From: Trueperaceae bacterium
Lineage (GTDB): Bacteria; Deinococcota; Deinococci; Deinococcales; Trueperaceae
Assembly (NCBI GenBank): GCA_034520945.1
Contig: JAXHNB010000008.1
Location: 128,001-192,000 of the forward strand
Length of the DNA stretch: 64,000 bases
Direction of reading: 5' to 3'
The notes under the pieces are model-generated. The model searched no databases. It was given only the letters and a program-made list of their open reading frames with translations, and was not told the DNA's origin. The translations under genes and the position numbers were made by a program. Shown one piece after another: positions 11,272 through 20,994 of this stretch; within the stretch, counting starts at the first letter, position 1, and every line of letters starts with the position of its first letter.

Positions 11272-11310
11272 TTGACATCCCACGCGAATTAGTTGCATTC
11301 TGGCAATAAT
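11272..11310 (+). promoter_or_regulatory. Probable promoter and ROK operator of the sugar operon
   Basis: TTGACA at 11272-11277 and an AT-rich imperfect palindrome ATTAGTTGC-ATTCT-GGCAATAAT just before the ROK ATG. Confidence 0.5.
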
Positions 11311-11311
11311 C

Positions 11312-12532
11312 ATGGTGTCGACCCCCCTCGGTCCCGCTCGGGCCCAGCACGCCCGGCGCGTCGTGCGCCTCGTCCACCGCGGCGAGGCCACCACGCGCCA
11401 GGACATCGCCGATGCGACCGGTATGAGCCCCAGCCTGGTGTCACGGGTCACGGCCGATCTGGTGCGGCGCGGCGTGCTCCGCACGCGGAGCGGGCGCGGC
11501 AGTGAGGGCCCAGGTCGACCGACCGAACGCTTGGACCTGCATCCCGATGCCGGTCGCACCGTCGGCGTACAGGTGGCCCGTGACCGGCTCGCCGTGCTGA
11601 CGTGCGACGTTGCGGGGCGCCCCCTGGACACCTGGGAGGAACCGAATGACGCGCCGGGCGTCACGATCGACGCCGTCCACCGGTTGGCGGAACGAATCGC
11701 GGCGGCCGCGCGGTACGACGCGAGCGCGCCGCCGCTGGTCGGCGTCGGCGCCGCCCTGCACGACGTCGTGTCGGCCGACGGCGGCTGGCACGTCGCCGGT
11801 CACGAGGCGGACGCCGTGCCCGTACGCACCGTGCTCGCCGAGCACTTCGACGTTCCGATCGTCGTGGACGACGTGTCGCGGGCCTTCGCTTCCGCGGAGC
11901 ACCGCTTCGGCGCGGGGAGGGACGCGCCGGACCTGCTGTACCTGTTCCTGGGCCGCGACGGCGTGGGCAGCGGCATCTTCGCCGGCGATGCGGCGCTCCG
12001 CACCGCGACCGGCATCTGCGGCGAGATCGGCCACGTCCCGGTCGTGAACGACGGGGCGCCGTGCAGCTGCGGAAGGCGCGGCTGCCTGGAGACGGTCGCG
12101 ACGCACCGCGCGCTGCTGGCGCGCGCCCGTAGCCTACGGGACGACGACCCCACCGGCGAGTGGCAGCCCGGGGACGGACTGCACGCGCTGCTCGCCGCCA
12201 CCGCCGAGGGCGACCCGCTGGGCCGCCGCCTGGTGGAGGAACTCGCCGACCACCTGTGCGCCGCGCTGGACGGCGCGATCGCCGTGACCGGCGCCACCAC
12301 GGTGGTGCTCGGGGGTGACGTCCGTGCCTCGGGCGGGACGCTGCCGGGCGCGCTCGCACGCCGCTTGCGGGGCCGCTTGCTGCGGTCGCTCGCGGACCGC
12401 CTACAGGTCCGCTGGGCCGAGCTGCCGCCCACCGCCGGCGCGCACGGCATGGCGCTGGCGGCGCTGGACGCCGCGGTCGACGCGGGCGCGCTGATCGCCG
12501 CTCCCCGAAGGAAGAAGGAGGTCGCCATGTGA
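11312..12532 (+). CDS. ROK-family transcriptional regulator
   Basis: N-terminal HTH, GPGRPT linker, GEIGH and CSCGRRGCLE motifs. Confidence 0.92.
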   Translation: MVSTPLGPARAQHARRVVRLVHRGEATTRQDIADATGMSPSLVSRVTADLVRRGVLRTRSGRGSEGPGRPTERLDLHPDAGRTVGVQVARDRLAVLTCDVAGRPLDTWEEPNDAPGVTIDAVHRLAERIAAAARYDASAPPLVGVGAALHDVVSADGGWHVAGHEADAVPVRTVLAEHFDVPIVVDDVSRAFASAEHRFGAGRDAPDLLYLFLGRDGVGSGIFAGDAALRTATGICGEIGHVPVVNDGAPCSCGRRGCLETVATHRALLARARSLRDDDPTGEWQPGDGLHALLAATAEGDPLGRRLVEELADHLCAALDGAIAVTGATTVVLGGDVRASGGTLPGALARRLRGRLLRSLADRLQVRWAELPPTAGAHGMALAALDAAVDAGALIAAPRRKKEVAM

Positions 12533-12597
12533 CGCCCCGACGCCGCTTCCGCACGGACCCCGACCGAACGAAACCCTCGCGCCCCCCGGAGGTACCC

Positions 12598-13875
12598 ATG
12601 ATCGTGAACGCCGCCCGCCGAGCCGCCCTGCTGTTGCTCGCACTGTTGCTGACTAGCGCCGCCGCCCAGACGGAACTGACCATCGCCCACGCCATGACCG
12701 GCGGCGCCGACCGCGCTGCCTTCGACGCCATCGTGGAGGCATTCGAAGCCGTGCACCCGGACATCACCGTCGACCAGGTGGTGCAGGACGACGACCTCTA
12801 CGAGGACGCCGGCCTCATCACGATGCTGCAGAGCAACGACCCGCCCGACATCTTCTTCCAGTGGGGCGGTGCGTTGGTGCAACGCGACGCCGAGCAAGGC
12901 TTCGCGGCCGACCTCACCGAGGCGCTCGACGCCGGGGGCTTCGGCGACTGGTTCGTCGACGCCGCCTGGAGCCCCGCCGCCGGCACCATGGTGGACGGGG
13001 GCGTCTACATGATCCCCAACTCCCTCGACGTCACCACCGCCATTTGGTACAACGTCGACCTGTTCGAGCAGCACGGCCTCGAGGAACCCCAAACGTGGGA
13101 CGAGTTCGTCGAGGTAGTCCGCACCCTCGCCGACGCCGGAGTGACGCCCCTGATGGTCGGCAACTCCGAGCTATGGCCGCTCGGCAATTGGGCCGGGCAC
13201 CTGACGACCCGCGTCGTCGGAATGGAGACCTTCGATCGCGCCATGCGTTTGGAGGCGCCGTTCCAGCAGGAGCCGTTCGTGCGTGCCTTCGGGTTGCTGG
13301 AGGAGCTCGCCGACGCCGGGGGCTTCAACGCCGACCTCACCAGCCTGGGCGCCGACCCGGCAATGAACGCCTTCTTCCAGGGCGCCGGCGCCATGCACCC
13401 CATCGGCAGCTGGCTGGTGCCGATCGCCGGGGAGAACGCGCCCGAGGGCTTCCGCTACGACGTCTTCAATACGCCCGAGATCGAAGGTGGCGCCGGCGCC
13501 GCCAACAGCGTGATCGGCCTGGCGACCGGTTTCGAGGTCAGCGCGGATACCGAGCACTTCGAGGAAGCCATCGCCTTCCTGCGGTTCTTCTCCGCCTCGT
13601 TGGAGGGTCAGCGCGTTTGGGCCGAAGCCGGCCAGTTCAGCCCCGTGCGCGGCGCCATGGAGATCGCCGACCTCGACCCGCACACCCAGGACCTGGCCGA
13701 GCTGTTCGAGACGGCCGAGGCCCTGGTGCCTCCGCCCGACACGGGGTACGCCGTCGAGGTGGCGGACGTGTTCTACGAGGGCGCAGCGCGCGTCGCCAGT
13801 GGCACCAACGACGCCGAGGGCGCCCTGGCGTGGATCGACGACCAGCTGCAGCCGCTCCGGGACGAGCGTGACTGA
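12598..13875 (+). CDS. Sugar ABC transporter substrate-binding protein
   Basis: Signal peptide, PPDIF, WYNVDLFEQHGL.PQTWDEF; GGAGG RBS. Confidence 0.9.
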   Translation: MIVNAARRAALLLLALLLTSAAAQTELTIAHAMTGGADRAAFDAIVEAFEAVHPDITVDQVVQDDDLYEDAGLITMLQSNDPPDIFFQWGGALVQRDAEQGFAADLTEALDAGGFGDWFVDAAWSPAAGTMVDGGVYMIPNSLDVTTAIWYNVDLFEQHGLEEPQTWDEFVEVVRTLADAGVTPLMVGNSELWPLGNWAGHLTTRVVGMETFDRAMRLEAPFQQEPFVRAFGLLEELADAGGFNADLTSLGADPAMNAFFQGAGAMHPIGSWLVPIAGENAPEGFRYDVFNTPEIEGGAGAANSVIGLATGFEVSADTEHFEEAIAFLRFFSASLEGQRVWAEAGQFSPVRGAMEIADLDPHTQDLAELFETAEALVPPPDTGYAVEVADVFYEGAARVASGTNDAEGALAWIDDQLQPLRDERD

Positions 13876-14795
13876 GCGCCATCCGGGGGGCGGAGCGGCG
13901 ACCGCCGCTCCGCCCCCCGGACGGCGCCAATCGCTGGGCCCCGTACCTGTTCATCGCGCCCGCACTCCTGCTGTTCGGCGCCTTCGTGCTGCTCCCTCTG
14001 GGGTCCAGCCTGTACTACGGTTTCACCCGCTGGGACGGCATCAGCCCGCCCGAGTGGGTGGGCCTCGCCAACTACGCGCGCGCGCTTAGCGACGGGATCT
14101 ATCTTCGTTCCTATCTCAACGTGGGCCTCTACATCGTCGGCACGTTGGTCGTCGAGGTCGCCTTCGGCCTGGTGATGGCCACGCTCCTGAACTCCGATCG
14201 GCGCGGCTTCCCGCTGGCGCGCGTGCTGTTCTTCTCGCCGATGGTGCTGTCCATGGTCGCCGCCGGCCTCCTGTGGGCGTTCGTCTACGACCTGCGCTTC
14301 GGGCTCCTCAACGGCGCCCTGGAGGTAGTCGGCCTGGGCGAGCTGACGCGCGCCTGGCTTTCGGATCCGAGGACCGCGCTGGCCGCCGTGACCGTGGTCA
14401 GCGGCTGGAAGTACGCCGGGTTCTACATGATCATCTACCTCGCCGCGCTGCGCCGCATCCCCGCCACGCTATACGAGGCCGCGCGCCTCGACGGTGCGGG
14501 TCCCATCACGCAGTTCCTTCGCATCACCCTCCCGCTGCTGCGTGAGACGACCGTCGTCACGGTGCTGCTGTGCGTCACCGGCGGCTTTGCCGCCTTCGAC
14601 CTGTTCTTCGCCATGACCAACGGTGGCCCCTTCAACGCCACCGAAATCCCCACCACCTGGATCGTGAAGCAGGCGTTCGACCGCGGCCGCTTCGGCTACG
14701 GCATCGCCCTCACCGTGCTCATGGCCGCTATCGTCGGCGTGCTGTCCGTGATCTACCTGCGCATCAGTCAGCGAGGTGAGCGTGTCGAGTACTGA
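13872..14795 (+). CDS. Sugar ABC transporter permease (start uncertain)
   Basis: PYLFIAPALL, WVGLANY, LYEAARLDGA EAA loop. The frame is open from a CTG at 13872. Confidence 0.88.
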   Translation: MSAIRGAERRPPLRPPDGANRWAPYLFIAPALLLFGAFVLLPLGSSLYYGFTRWDGISPPEWVGLANYARALSDGIYLRSYLNVGLYIVGTLVVEVAFGLVMATLLNSDRRGFPLARVLFFSPMVLSMVAAGLLWAFVYDLRFGLLNGALEVVGLGELTRAWLSDPRTALAAVTVVSGWKYAGFYMIIYLAALRRIPATLYEAARLDGAGPITQFLRITLPLLRETTVVTVLLCVTGGFAAFDLFFAMTNGGPFNATEIPTTWIVKQAFDRGRFGYGIALTVLMAAIVGVLSVIYLRISQRGERVEY

Positions 14796-15624
14796 GCGGC
14801 GCCCGCGCCTCGACCCCGGACGGCTGCTGCACGGTTGGGTGGTGCTGACCGTGGTGGCGGGGATGGCCTTCCCGCTGGCGTGGATGCTGTACTCCAGCCT
14901 GAAAAGCAACCAGGAGATCTTCGCGCGGCCCTTCGGCCTGCCCCAGGACCCGGACTGGGGCAACTGGTGGGTGGCGTGGACCACCGGCGACCTGGGACGC
15001 CTCTACCTGAACAGCCTGCTCGTCACCGGCAGCGCCGTCCTGATCGTGGTGTCGCTCGCGGCGCTCGCCGCCTACGCCTTCGCGCGCCTGCGCTTCCCGG
15101 GCCGCGACGCGCTCTTCTACCTGTTCCTGATCGGCCTGTTGCTACCGCCGCAGACGGTGATCATCCCGCTGTTCTCGCTACTGCGCGACCTGGGGCTCCT
15201 CAACACCTACTGGGCGCTGATCCTGCCCTACGCCAGTTGGCCGTTGGCGCTGACCATTTTCATGCTGCGCTCGTTCTACCGCACCCTTCCCGGCGAGCTC
15301 GAGGACGCCGCCCGCATCGACGGCGCCGGACTGTGGACCACCTTCTGGCACGTGATGCTGCCGCTGGTGCGACCGGCGCTGGTGACCATGGTGATCCTCA
15401 ACGCCGTGAACCTGTGGAACGAACTCCTCTTCGCCCTGCTGTTCATCCAGGAGGAGACGATGCGCACGCTACCCGCGGGCCTGATGGCCTTCTACGGCTA
15501 CCACAGCGTCGACTACAAACTGGTGTTCGCCGCCCTCAGCATCGCCACCGTGCCGGTGCTGATCTTCTACTTCATCTTTCAGCGCCAGATCATCGCCGGC
15601 CTCACCGTCGGCTCCCTGGACTGA
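14776..15624 (+). CDS. Carbohydrate ABC transporter permease
   Basis: AAYAFARLRFPGR, ELEDAARIDGA, FQRQIIAGLT.G. Confidence 0.92.
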   Translation: MSVSSTERRPRLDPGRLLHGWVVLTVVAGMAFPLAWMLYSSLKSNQEIFARPFGLPQDPDWGNWWVAWTTGDLGRLYLNSLLVTGSAVLIVVSLAALAAYAFARLRFPGRDALFYLFLIGLLLPPQTVIIPLFSLLRDLGLLNTYWALILPYASWPLALTIFMLRSFYRTLPGELEDAARIDGAGLWTTFWHVMLPLVRPALVTMVILNAVNLWNELLFALLFIQEETMRTLPAGLMAFYGYHSVDYKLVFAALSIATVPVLIFYFIFQRQIIAGLTVGSLD

Positions 15625-15641
15625 CCCGAACGGAGGTGCCC

Positions 15642-16943
15642 GTGACCCTCGCCTACCGCGGCGTGATCGAAGGCTTCTACGGACGACCCTGGACCCCCAC
15701 CCAGCGCCACGACCTGTTGGCCCGCATGGGCGCGTGGGGCATGAACACGTACGTCTACGGCCCCAAGGACGATGTGAAGGTGCGCGCCGCCTGGCGCGAG
15801 CGCTACGACGCCGACGAGGCGCGCGATCTGGGCGCGCTGGCCGACGCCGCCGCGCGGCACGGCGTGGCGCTGCACTACGCCATCGCCCCCGGCCTGGACG
15901 TGCGCTACGCGGACACGGACGACCGGCGCGCGCTGCGCGCCAAGCTGGAGCAGGTGCTGGAGCTCGGCGTCGGCGCCGTGACGCTGCTGTTCGACGACAT
16001 CCCCGCTGGGCTGACGGGTGCGGACCGCGCGGCGTTCGCGTCGTTCGGCGCGGCGCACGCCGACGTCGCCAACGAGGTCGCCGGCTTCCTCGCGCCCCGC
16101 GACGTGCCGCTGCTCCTCTGTCCCACCGAGTACTGCGACCGCTTCGCCGACCCGTCGGTGGAGGCGAGCCCCTACCTCCACGACCTGGGGGCGGCGCTGG
16201 ACGCGCGCGTCGACGTGTACTGGACGGGCCCCGAAATCGTCTCCGAGACCGTCCCGAGCGACGCCACGCGGCGCATCGCCCGGGTGCTGGGGCGCGCGCC
16301 CGTACTGTGGGACAACCTCCACGCCAACGACTACGACCACCGCCGCGTCTACCTGGGGCCCTACCTGGGCCGCGGCCCCGCGCTACGCGGAGAACTGCGC
16401 GGCGTGATCACCAACCCCAACGTGGAGGCCGAGGCGAACGCCGTGCCGTTGCACACCACCGCCGCTTGGCTGCGCGGCGAGGACGATATCGAGGCGGCGC
16501 TGGCGCGCGCGATCGACGCCTGGTTGCCGCGCTTCGCGACGCACGGCGGGCACGCCGACCGCGAGGAGGTGGGGCTGCTCGTGGACTACCTGCACCTGCC
16601 GTTCCGGCACGGCCCGGCCGCCCAAGCCCACCTCGCCGCCGCCGCCCGCGTGGCGGCGGACGGCGGCGGCGCGGAGGATCGCGACCTCCTGGCCGAGCGC
16701 GCCCGTCAGCTGGTCGCCGTCCACCGCCGCGTCACCGAGCTCCGCGATCGCGACCTCGCCTACGCCCTGTACAGCTACGTGTGGGACCTCAAGGAGGAGG
16801 CCGAGGTGTTGGCGAGCTACGCGCGCCACCCGGGCGGGCCCTTCTGCCGGCCCGACGCCCTCCCGAACACCTACCGCACCGGCATCGTGGATGCCCTACA
16901 GGGGATCCTGCCGCTGGACGCCGACGGGTGCGTGCGGCGGTGA
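15642..16943 (+). CDS. GH84 beta-N-acetylglucosaminidase (O-GlcNAcase-like)
   Basis: GVIEGFYGRPW, YVYGPKDD, LLFDDI catalytic Asp pair, CPTEY, WDNLHANDYD, NPN; GGAGG RBS before the GTG. Confidence 0.92.
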   Translation: MTLAYRGVIEGFYGRPWTPTQRHDLLARMGAWGMNTYVYGPKDDVKVRAAWRERYDADEARDLGALADAAARHGVALHYAIAPGLDVRYADTDDRRALRAKLEQVLELGVGAVTLLFDDIPAGLTGADRAAFASFGAAHADVANEVAGFLAPRDVPLLLCPTEYCDRFADPSVEASPYLHDLGAALDARVDVYWTGPEIVSETVPSDATRRIARVLGRAPVLWDNLHANDYDHRRVYLGPYLGRGPALRGELRGVITNPNVEAEANAVPLHTTAAWLRGEDDIEAALARAIDAWLPRFATHGGHADREEVGLLVDYLHLPFRHGPAAQAHLAAAARVAADGGGAEDRDLLAERARQLVAVHRRVTELRDRDLAYALYSYVWDLKEEAEVLASYARHPGGPFCRPDALPNTYRTGIVDALQGILPLDADGCVRR

Positions 16944-17533
16944 GGATCGACCGCGTCGACCCCGCCGACCTTCCCGGCGCCTACCGGGTGTGCCTCGCCA
17001 CCGGCGACGCCGGCGAGGACGCCACCGGCCTGCACGCCGACCCGAATCTGCTGGGGCACGTGTTCGTGGGGCCCTACCTGGGCCTGGAGGCGCGGCACGC
17101 CTTCGTGCTTCGCGACGGCGACGCCGTCCTTGGCTACGCCCTGGGCGCCCGCGACACGGCGGACTTCGAGCGGCGCTGCGAAGCGCGCTGGTGGCCGCCG
17201 CTTCGCGCCATGTACCCGCCCGACGCGCCGCGGCCCGAGCGGGACGCGGAGCTGGTGCGGCTGCTATACGCGCCCGAGCGCACGCCCACGGACCGCCTCG
17301 CCTCTCACCCGTCGCACCTGCACGTCGACCTGTTGCCGCCCGCGCGGGGACGCGGCCTGGGGCGCGCCATGATCGAGGCCGTCCTCGCCTCGCTGGTAGA
17401 GGCCGACAGTCCCGGCGTGCACCTGGGGGTGGCGCGCCGCAACACGCGCGCCGTGGGCTTCTACCAGCACCTCGGCTGGCGCTGGCTGGCCGACGAGGGC
17501 GACGCCGCCATCCTGGGATGGAGGCCGTCTTGA
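16940..17533 (+). CDS. GNAT acetyltransferase
   Basis: HPSHLHVDLLP.ARGRGLGR, GVHLGV..N.RAVGFY; GTGA overlap. Confidence 0.88.
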   Translation: MRIDRVDPADLPGAYRVCLATGDAGEDATGLHADPNLLGHVFVGPYLGLEARHAFVLRDGDAVLGYALGARDTADFERRCEARWWPPLRAMYPPDAPRPERDAELVRLLYAPERTPTDRLASHPSHLHVDLLPPARGRGLGRAMIEAVLASLVEADSPGVHLGVARRNTRAVGFYQHLGWRWLADEGDAAILGWRPS

Positions 17534-18267
17534 ACGCGCTCGACGCCTACCACACCGCCGTGGTTGAGCGCCTCGACGGCGCGCTCCGCGAGCGCCGCGA
17601 CACCCTGGAACGGTTCGCGGACTGCATCGCCGACGCGGTCGAAGCGGGGGGCCTCCTCTATCTCACCGGCAGCGGCCACGCGCACATGATGGCGGAGGAA
17701 CCCTTCTACCGCGCCGGCGGGCTCGCCGCCGTGCACCCCGTGTTGGTGCCCGCGCTGATGCTGCACGAGGGGGCGGTGCGCAGCACCCGGCTGGAGCGGT
17801 TGGCCGGCCTTGCCCGCGCCGCGCTGGCCGACCTGCCCCTCGGTGAACGCGACGTGTTCGTCGTGGCCTCCAACTCCGGGCGCAACGCCTTCCCGGTCGA
17901 GGCCGCCCAGGCCGCACGCGAGGCCGGGGCCTTCGTGGTAGCCCTCACCAGCGTCGAGCACGGCCGCCGCGTCGCCTCGCGCCACCCCAGCGGCGAGAAG
18001 CTGAGCGACGTCGCCGACCTGGTCGTGGACACCGGCGCCCCCTACGGCGACGCGGCCGTCCCGCTGGGCCCAGGGCTGCCCACCGTCGCGCCGGTCAGCA
18101 CCGTCTTGGGTGCGTTCCTGTTGAACGCGGTGACCGCCCGCGCCACGCAGCTGCTCTTCGAGCGGGGCGCCCGGCCCGACGTCTTCGCAAGTGCCAACCT
18201 CACGGACGGCGAGGCGATGCCCGCCGAGCGCCTGGCGGCGTGGCGCGCCCGGGTGAAGCCGCTGTGA
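17530..18267 (+). CDS. SIS (sugar isomerase) domain protein
   Basis: GSGHAHMMAEE.FYRAGGL, SNSGRN; TTGA overlap. Confidence 0.88.
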   Translation: MNALDAYHTAVVERLDGALRERRDTLERFADCIADAVEAGGLLYLTGSGHAHMMAEEPFYRAGGLAAVHPVLVPALMLHEGAVRSTRLERLAGLARAALADLPLGERDVFVVASNSGRNAFPVEAAQAAREAGAFVVALTSVEHGRRVASRHPSGEKLSDVADLVVDTGAPYGDAAVPLGPGLPTVAPVSTVLGAFLLNAVTARATQLLFERGARPDVFASANLTDGEAMPAERLAAWRARVKPL

Positions 18268-19235
18268 CGGGCGTCGAGGCGGCGCCCCTGGTGCTGGGCC
18301 TCGACGCGGGCGGCACCCACACGCGCGGCGTGGCCATGACCCTGGACGGGCGGGTGTTGGCGCGTAGCCTGCGGCAGGGCGCCAACCCCCGCGCCGTCGG
18401 CGATGCGGAGGGACGCACCCGCCTGGAGGCCGCCGTCGCCGATCTGCGTGCTCAGGCGCCGGGTCCCGTCCTGCACGTCGCGATCGGCCTCGCCGGCCTC
18501 ATGGATTCCGCCCCCGACGCCGTCGCCGCGGGGTGGGCCGAGCGCCTGGGGGTGCCGGCCGCCACCGTCGACACCGACGCGCGCGTCGCCCACGCCGCGG
18601 CCTTCGGGCTCGGTCCCGGCGCGATCGTGGTGGCCGGCACCGGCAGCCAGTGCCTGGCCATCGACCCGGAGGGCAACCGCGTTCGCGTCGGCGGCTGGGG
18701 CTCCACCTTCGGCGACGAGGGCAGCGCCTATTGGATCGCCCGCACGGCCATCACCTCCGCGCTGCATGCCCTGGACGAGGGGTGCGACGATCCTTTCACG
18801 GACGACCTGGCGCGCGTCGCCGGAACGTCCCTGGACGCGCCGGCCGCCGACCTGCACGACGCCCTGCTGCGCTACCTGTACGGCGAGGCGGCGACGCCGG
18901 ACCGGCACGCCGCCTTCGCGCTGCGCGTCGCCGAGCGCGCCGAAGCCGGCGCGCCACAAGCGGAGGCGCTGCTGCGCGAGGCGGGCGCGCACTTGGCGCG
19001 GCTGGCGCGAACCGCCGCGACGCGCTCCCACCTCATGGAGGTCGCGTACTCCGGCAGCGTGCTGAGCAACAACGCCCACGTCCGTGACGCCTTCCTCGAG
19101 GCCTGCCGCGAGGCCGAGCTGACGGTAAGGCCAGGGCGCTGGGATCCCGCCCTCGGCGCGGCGCGGTTGGCGCGCGCCGCCGTCGACGTGGGCGGGCGTG
19201 CGGGCGCGGGGCCGTCCGGGGCTCGTGGGGGCTGA
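18264..19235 (+). CDS. BadF/BadG-type N-acetylglucosamine kinase
   Basis: GLDAGGTHT, AGTGS, GGWG..FGDEGSAYWI. Confidence 0.88.
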   Translation: MTGVEAAPLVLGLDAGGTHTRGVAMTLDGRVLARSLRQGANPRAVGDAEGRTRLEAAVADLRAQAPGPVLHVAIGLAGLMDSAPDAVAAGWAERLGVPAATVDTDARVAHAAAFGLGPGAIVVAGTGSQCLAIDPEGNRVRVGGWGSTFGDEGSAYWIARTAITSALHALDEGCDDPFTDDLARVAGTSLDAPAADLHDALLRYLYGEAATPDRHAAFALRVAERAEAGAPQAEALLREAGAHLARLARTAATRSHLMEVAYSGSVLSNNAHVRDAFLEACREAELTVRPGRWDPALGAARLARAAVDVGGRAGAGPSGARGG

Positions 19236-19408
19236 TACGCATTAGCGCTCCAGGCCAGGGACGACCGTCAGGCCGCGTCCGTCGCCCCGCGCGGAGCGAG
19301 CGTGTCGGCCAGAGCAAGCATCGCGATACCGAATGTAAGCTGCTCCCGCCCCGCGCCTTCGCCGCACTAGCTTTTCTCGAAGCGGCCTCTACATAGAAGG
19401 GTCCAACG

Positions 19409-19672
19409 ATGGCGTTGTTTTCGGACGCGTCGTACGAGGAGGTCATGCGGCAATTGACCAAGGGGTTGGCGTGATCGTCGTCGTGGGGGGAGTCATGGGA
19501 GGTGCCGGGGAAGGCGGCGATCGCGCGGGCGCGGCAGCGCCTGGGGGTGGAGCCGCTGGAGATGCTGTATCGGGCGGTGGCGGTGCCGCTGGCTATGTCG
19601 GAGACGGTGGGCACGTTCTATCGCGGTTGGCGGCTGGTGAGTTTGGATGGGTCGTGCTTGGATGTGGCGGCC
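19409..19672 (+). pseudogene. IS4-family transposase N-terminal remnant
   Basis: MALFSDASYEEVMRQL..., AIARARQRLGVEPL, YRGWRLVSLDGS; in-frame TGA at 19472; truncated. Confidence 0.75.
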
Positions 19673-19713
19673 TATTGGGTGGCCGCGCCCTTGACGCTAC
19701 CCGTGAAACTAAA

Positions 19714-19754
19714 GCAAAATGTCGGCATGTCGCACCGAGATGCCGACATATTGC
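19714..19754. promoter_or_regulatory. Inverted repeat, probable AbiEi autoregulatory operator
   Basis: GCAAAATGTCGGCAT-N11-ATGCCGACATATTGC (14/15 match), with TTGACG at 19691. Confidence 0.6.
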
Positions 19755-19780
19755 GTCACGCGTCTTCCGCAGGCACGCCC

Positions 19781-20386
19781 GTGTCCGCCGCGCGCGATCC
19801 CGTGGCCGCCTTGCGGGACGTCGGCATCACCGCGTTCTTCCGTCCTTCGCAGCTCCCCGAGGCGGGCTTGACGCGCAACCAATTGCCGGCTCTGTTGCGA
19901 TCCGGGCGGGTCGAGCGCGTCGCCCGCGGCCTGTACCGAATCGCCGACGCCGAAGCGACCGAGAACGACTCGCTCGCCATGGCCTGCGCGAGGGTGCCGA
20001 ACAGCGTGGTTTGCCTGCTCACGGCGCTGCGCGTCTACGAGATCGGCACTCAATCTCCGGCCGACGTATGGCTCGCGATCCGACACAAGGCTCGCGTGCC
20101 CCGCCTCCCTGAACTCCGGCTCCGCACGGTGCGCTTCAGCGGGCCTGCCTGGACCTTCGGCGTTCGGGAAACGCGCTTCGAAGGCGTCGCGGCCCGGATC
20201 ACCTCCCCCGCCCGCACCGTCGCCGACTGCTTCCGTTTCGAGCGTCTGGTGGGGGCCGAGGTCGCCCTGGAGGCCTTTCACGACGCGCTACGCCAGCGCA
20301 AGGTGACGATCGCGGAGCTGTCGCGCGTCGTGGAGGTCCTGCCTTCGCGACGTTTGAGCGCGGCGCTCGATGTGGTGGCGATGTGA
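19781..20386 (+). CDS. AbiEi-type (type IV TA) antitoxin / transcriptional regulator
   Basis: ERVARGLYR, VCLLTAL..IGTQSP..VWLAI, ITSPARTVADCFRF. Start uncertain (19727 also possible). Confidence 0.85.
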   Translation: MSAARDPVAALRDVGITAFFRPSQLPEAGLTRNQLPALLRSGRVERVARGLYRIADAEATENDSLAMACARVPNSVVCLLTALRVYEIGTQSPADVWLAIRHKARVPRLPELRLRTVRFSGPAWTFGVRETRFEGVAARITSPARTVADCFRFERLVGAEVALEAFHDALRQRKVTIAELSRVVEVLPSRRLSAALDVVAM

Positions 20387-20532
20387 GCCCCGACGTCGCT
20401 GTCGGCGCTTCCGCCGCGGTACCTGCCCGCCTACCCGCGGACGGTGTCGAAGGCGAAGAAGTTCGACGCGATGGTCCGGCTCGGCACCCGCACAAGTTGG
20501 ATGAAGTACTTCCACGACGTTCGCGGAGCTTG
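20383..20532 (+). pseudogene. AbiEii nucleotidyltransferase toxin remnant
   Basis: GTGA-coupled start. A second frame reads YPRTVSKAKKFDAMVRLGTRTSWMKYFHD, resembling the AbiEii AEK..M...SRMKDFYD motif. Confidence 0.6.
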
Positions 20533-20994
20533 AAGCCAGCGTAGCTTCATGCTTGCCGTGGTGATCGGTGGGCCACGCATCGAAACCGAAGCGGTCGCCT
20601 TGAACGTCTGTAGCCTATTGGTAGCCTACTTCAATGTACACGGTCTTCCAGATGCGGGAGCTCACGGCCTGGCTGTCTGATCTCGACGATTGGCGCGGTC
20701 GAATGCGTATTGCGACTCGCCTTCGGCATGGAGAGGCGGGGAGTCTCGGTGATTGGCAGTCCAACGAAGGCGAGGCCGCCGCAGAAGCATCGAACTAGAG
20801 GTGAGGCATCCACCGCGCCGTGATGGGAGCGAAAGGACTCTCGGTGTCAAATTCACCGCTCAGGCAGCGTAACCGAACGCGTCATGCCGTCTAACCCACC
20901 GGCCCAGCAAACGACGTCCGGCATGATGGGCATTGACCTCATTCCACCCAACCCCTTCATTCGGCAGCACAGGACGTTCGATGAGAGGTTCCAC

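Noticed and set aside
14835..15641. Long N-terminal extensions of ORFs 14835..16943, 15734..17533 and 16891..18267, and many antisense ORFs
   Set aside because: High-GC shadow frames overlapping well-supported genes; real starts have an RBS or stop/start overlaps.
19502..20386. IS4-AbiEi fusion protein
   Set aside because: Chance in-frame join of a transposase remnant; a promoter and operator lie between the two parts.
20860..20990. Integron attC site (GTCTAAC present)
   Set aside because: No convincing GTTRRRY partner or hairpin, no repeated attC elsewhere, no integron integrase in the window.
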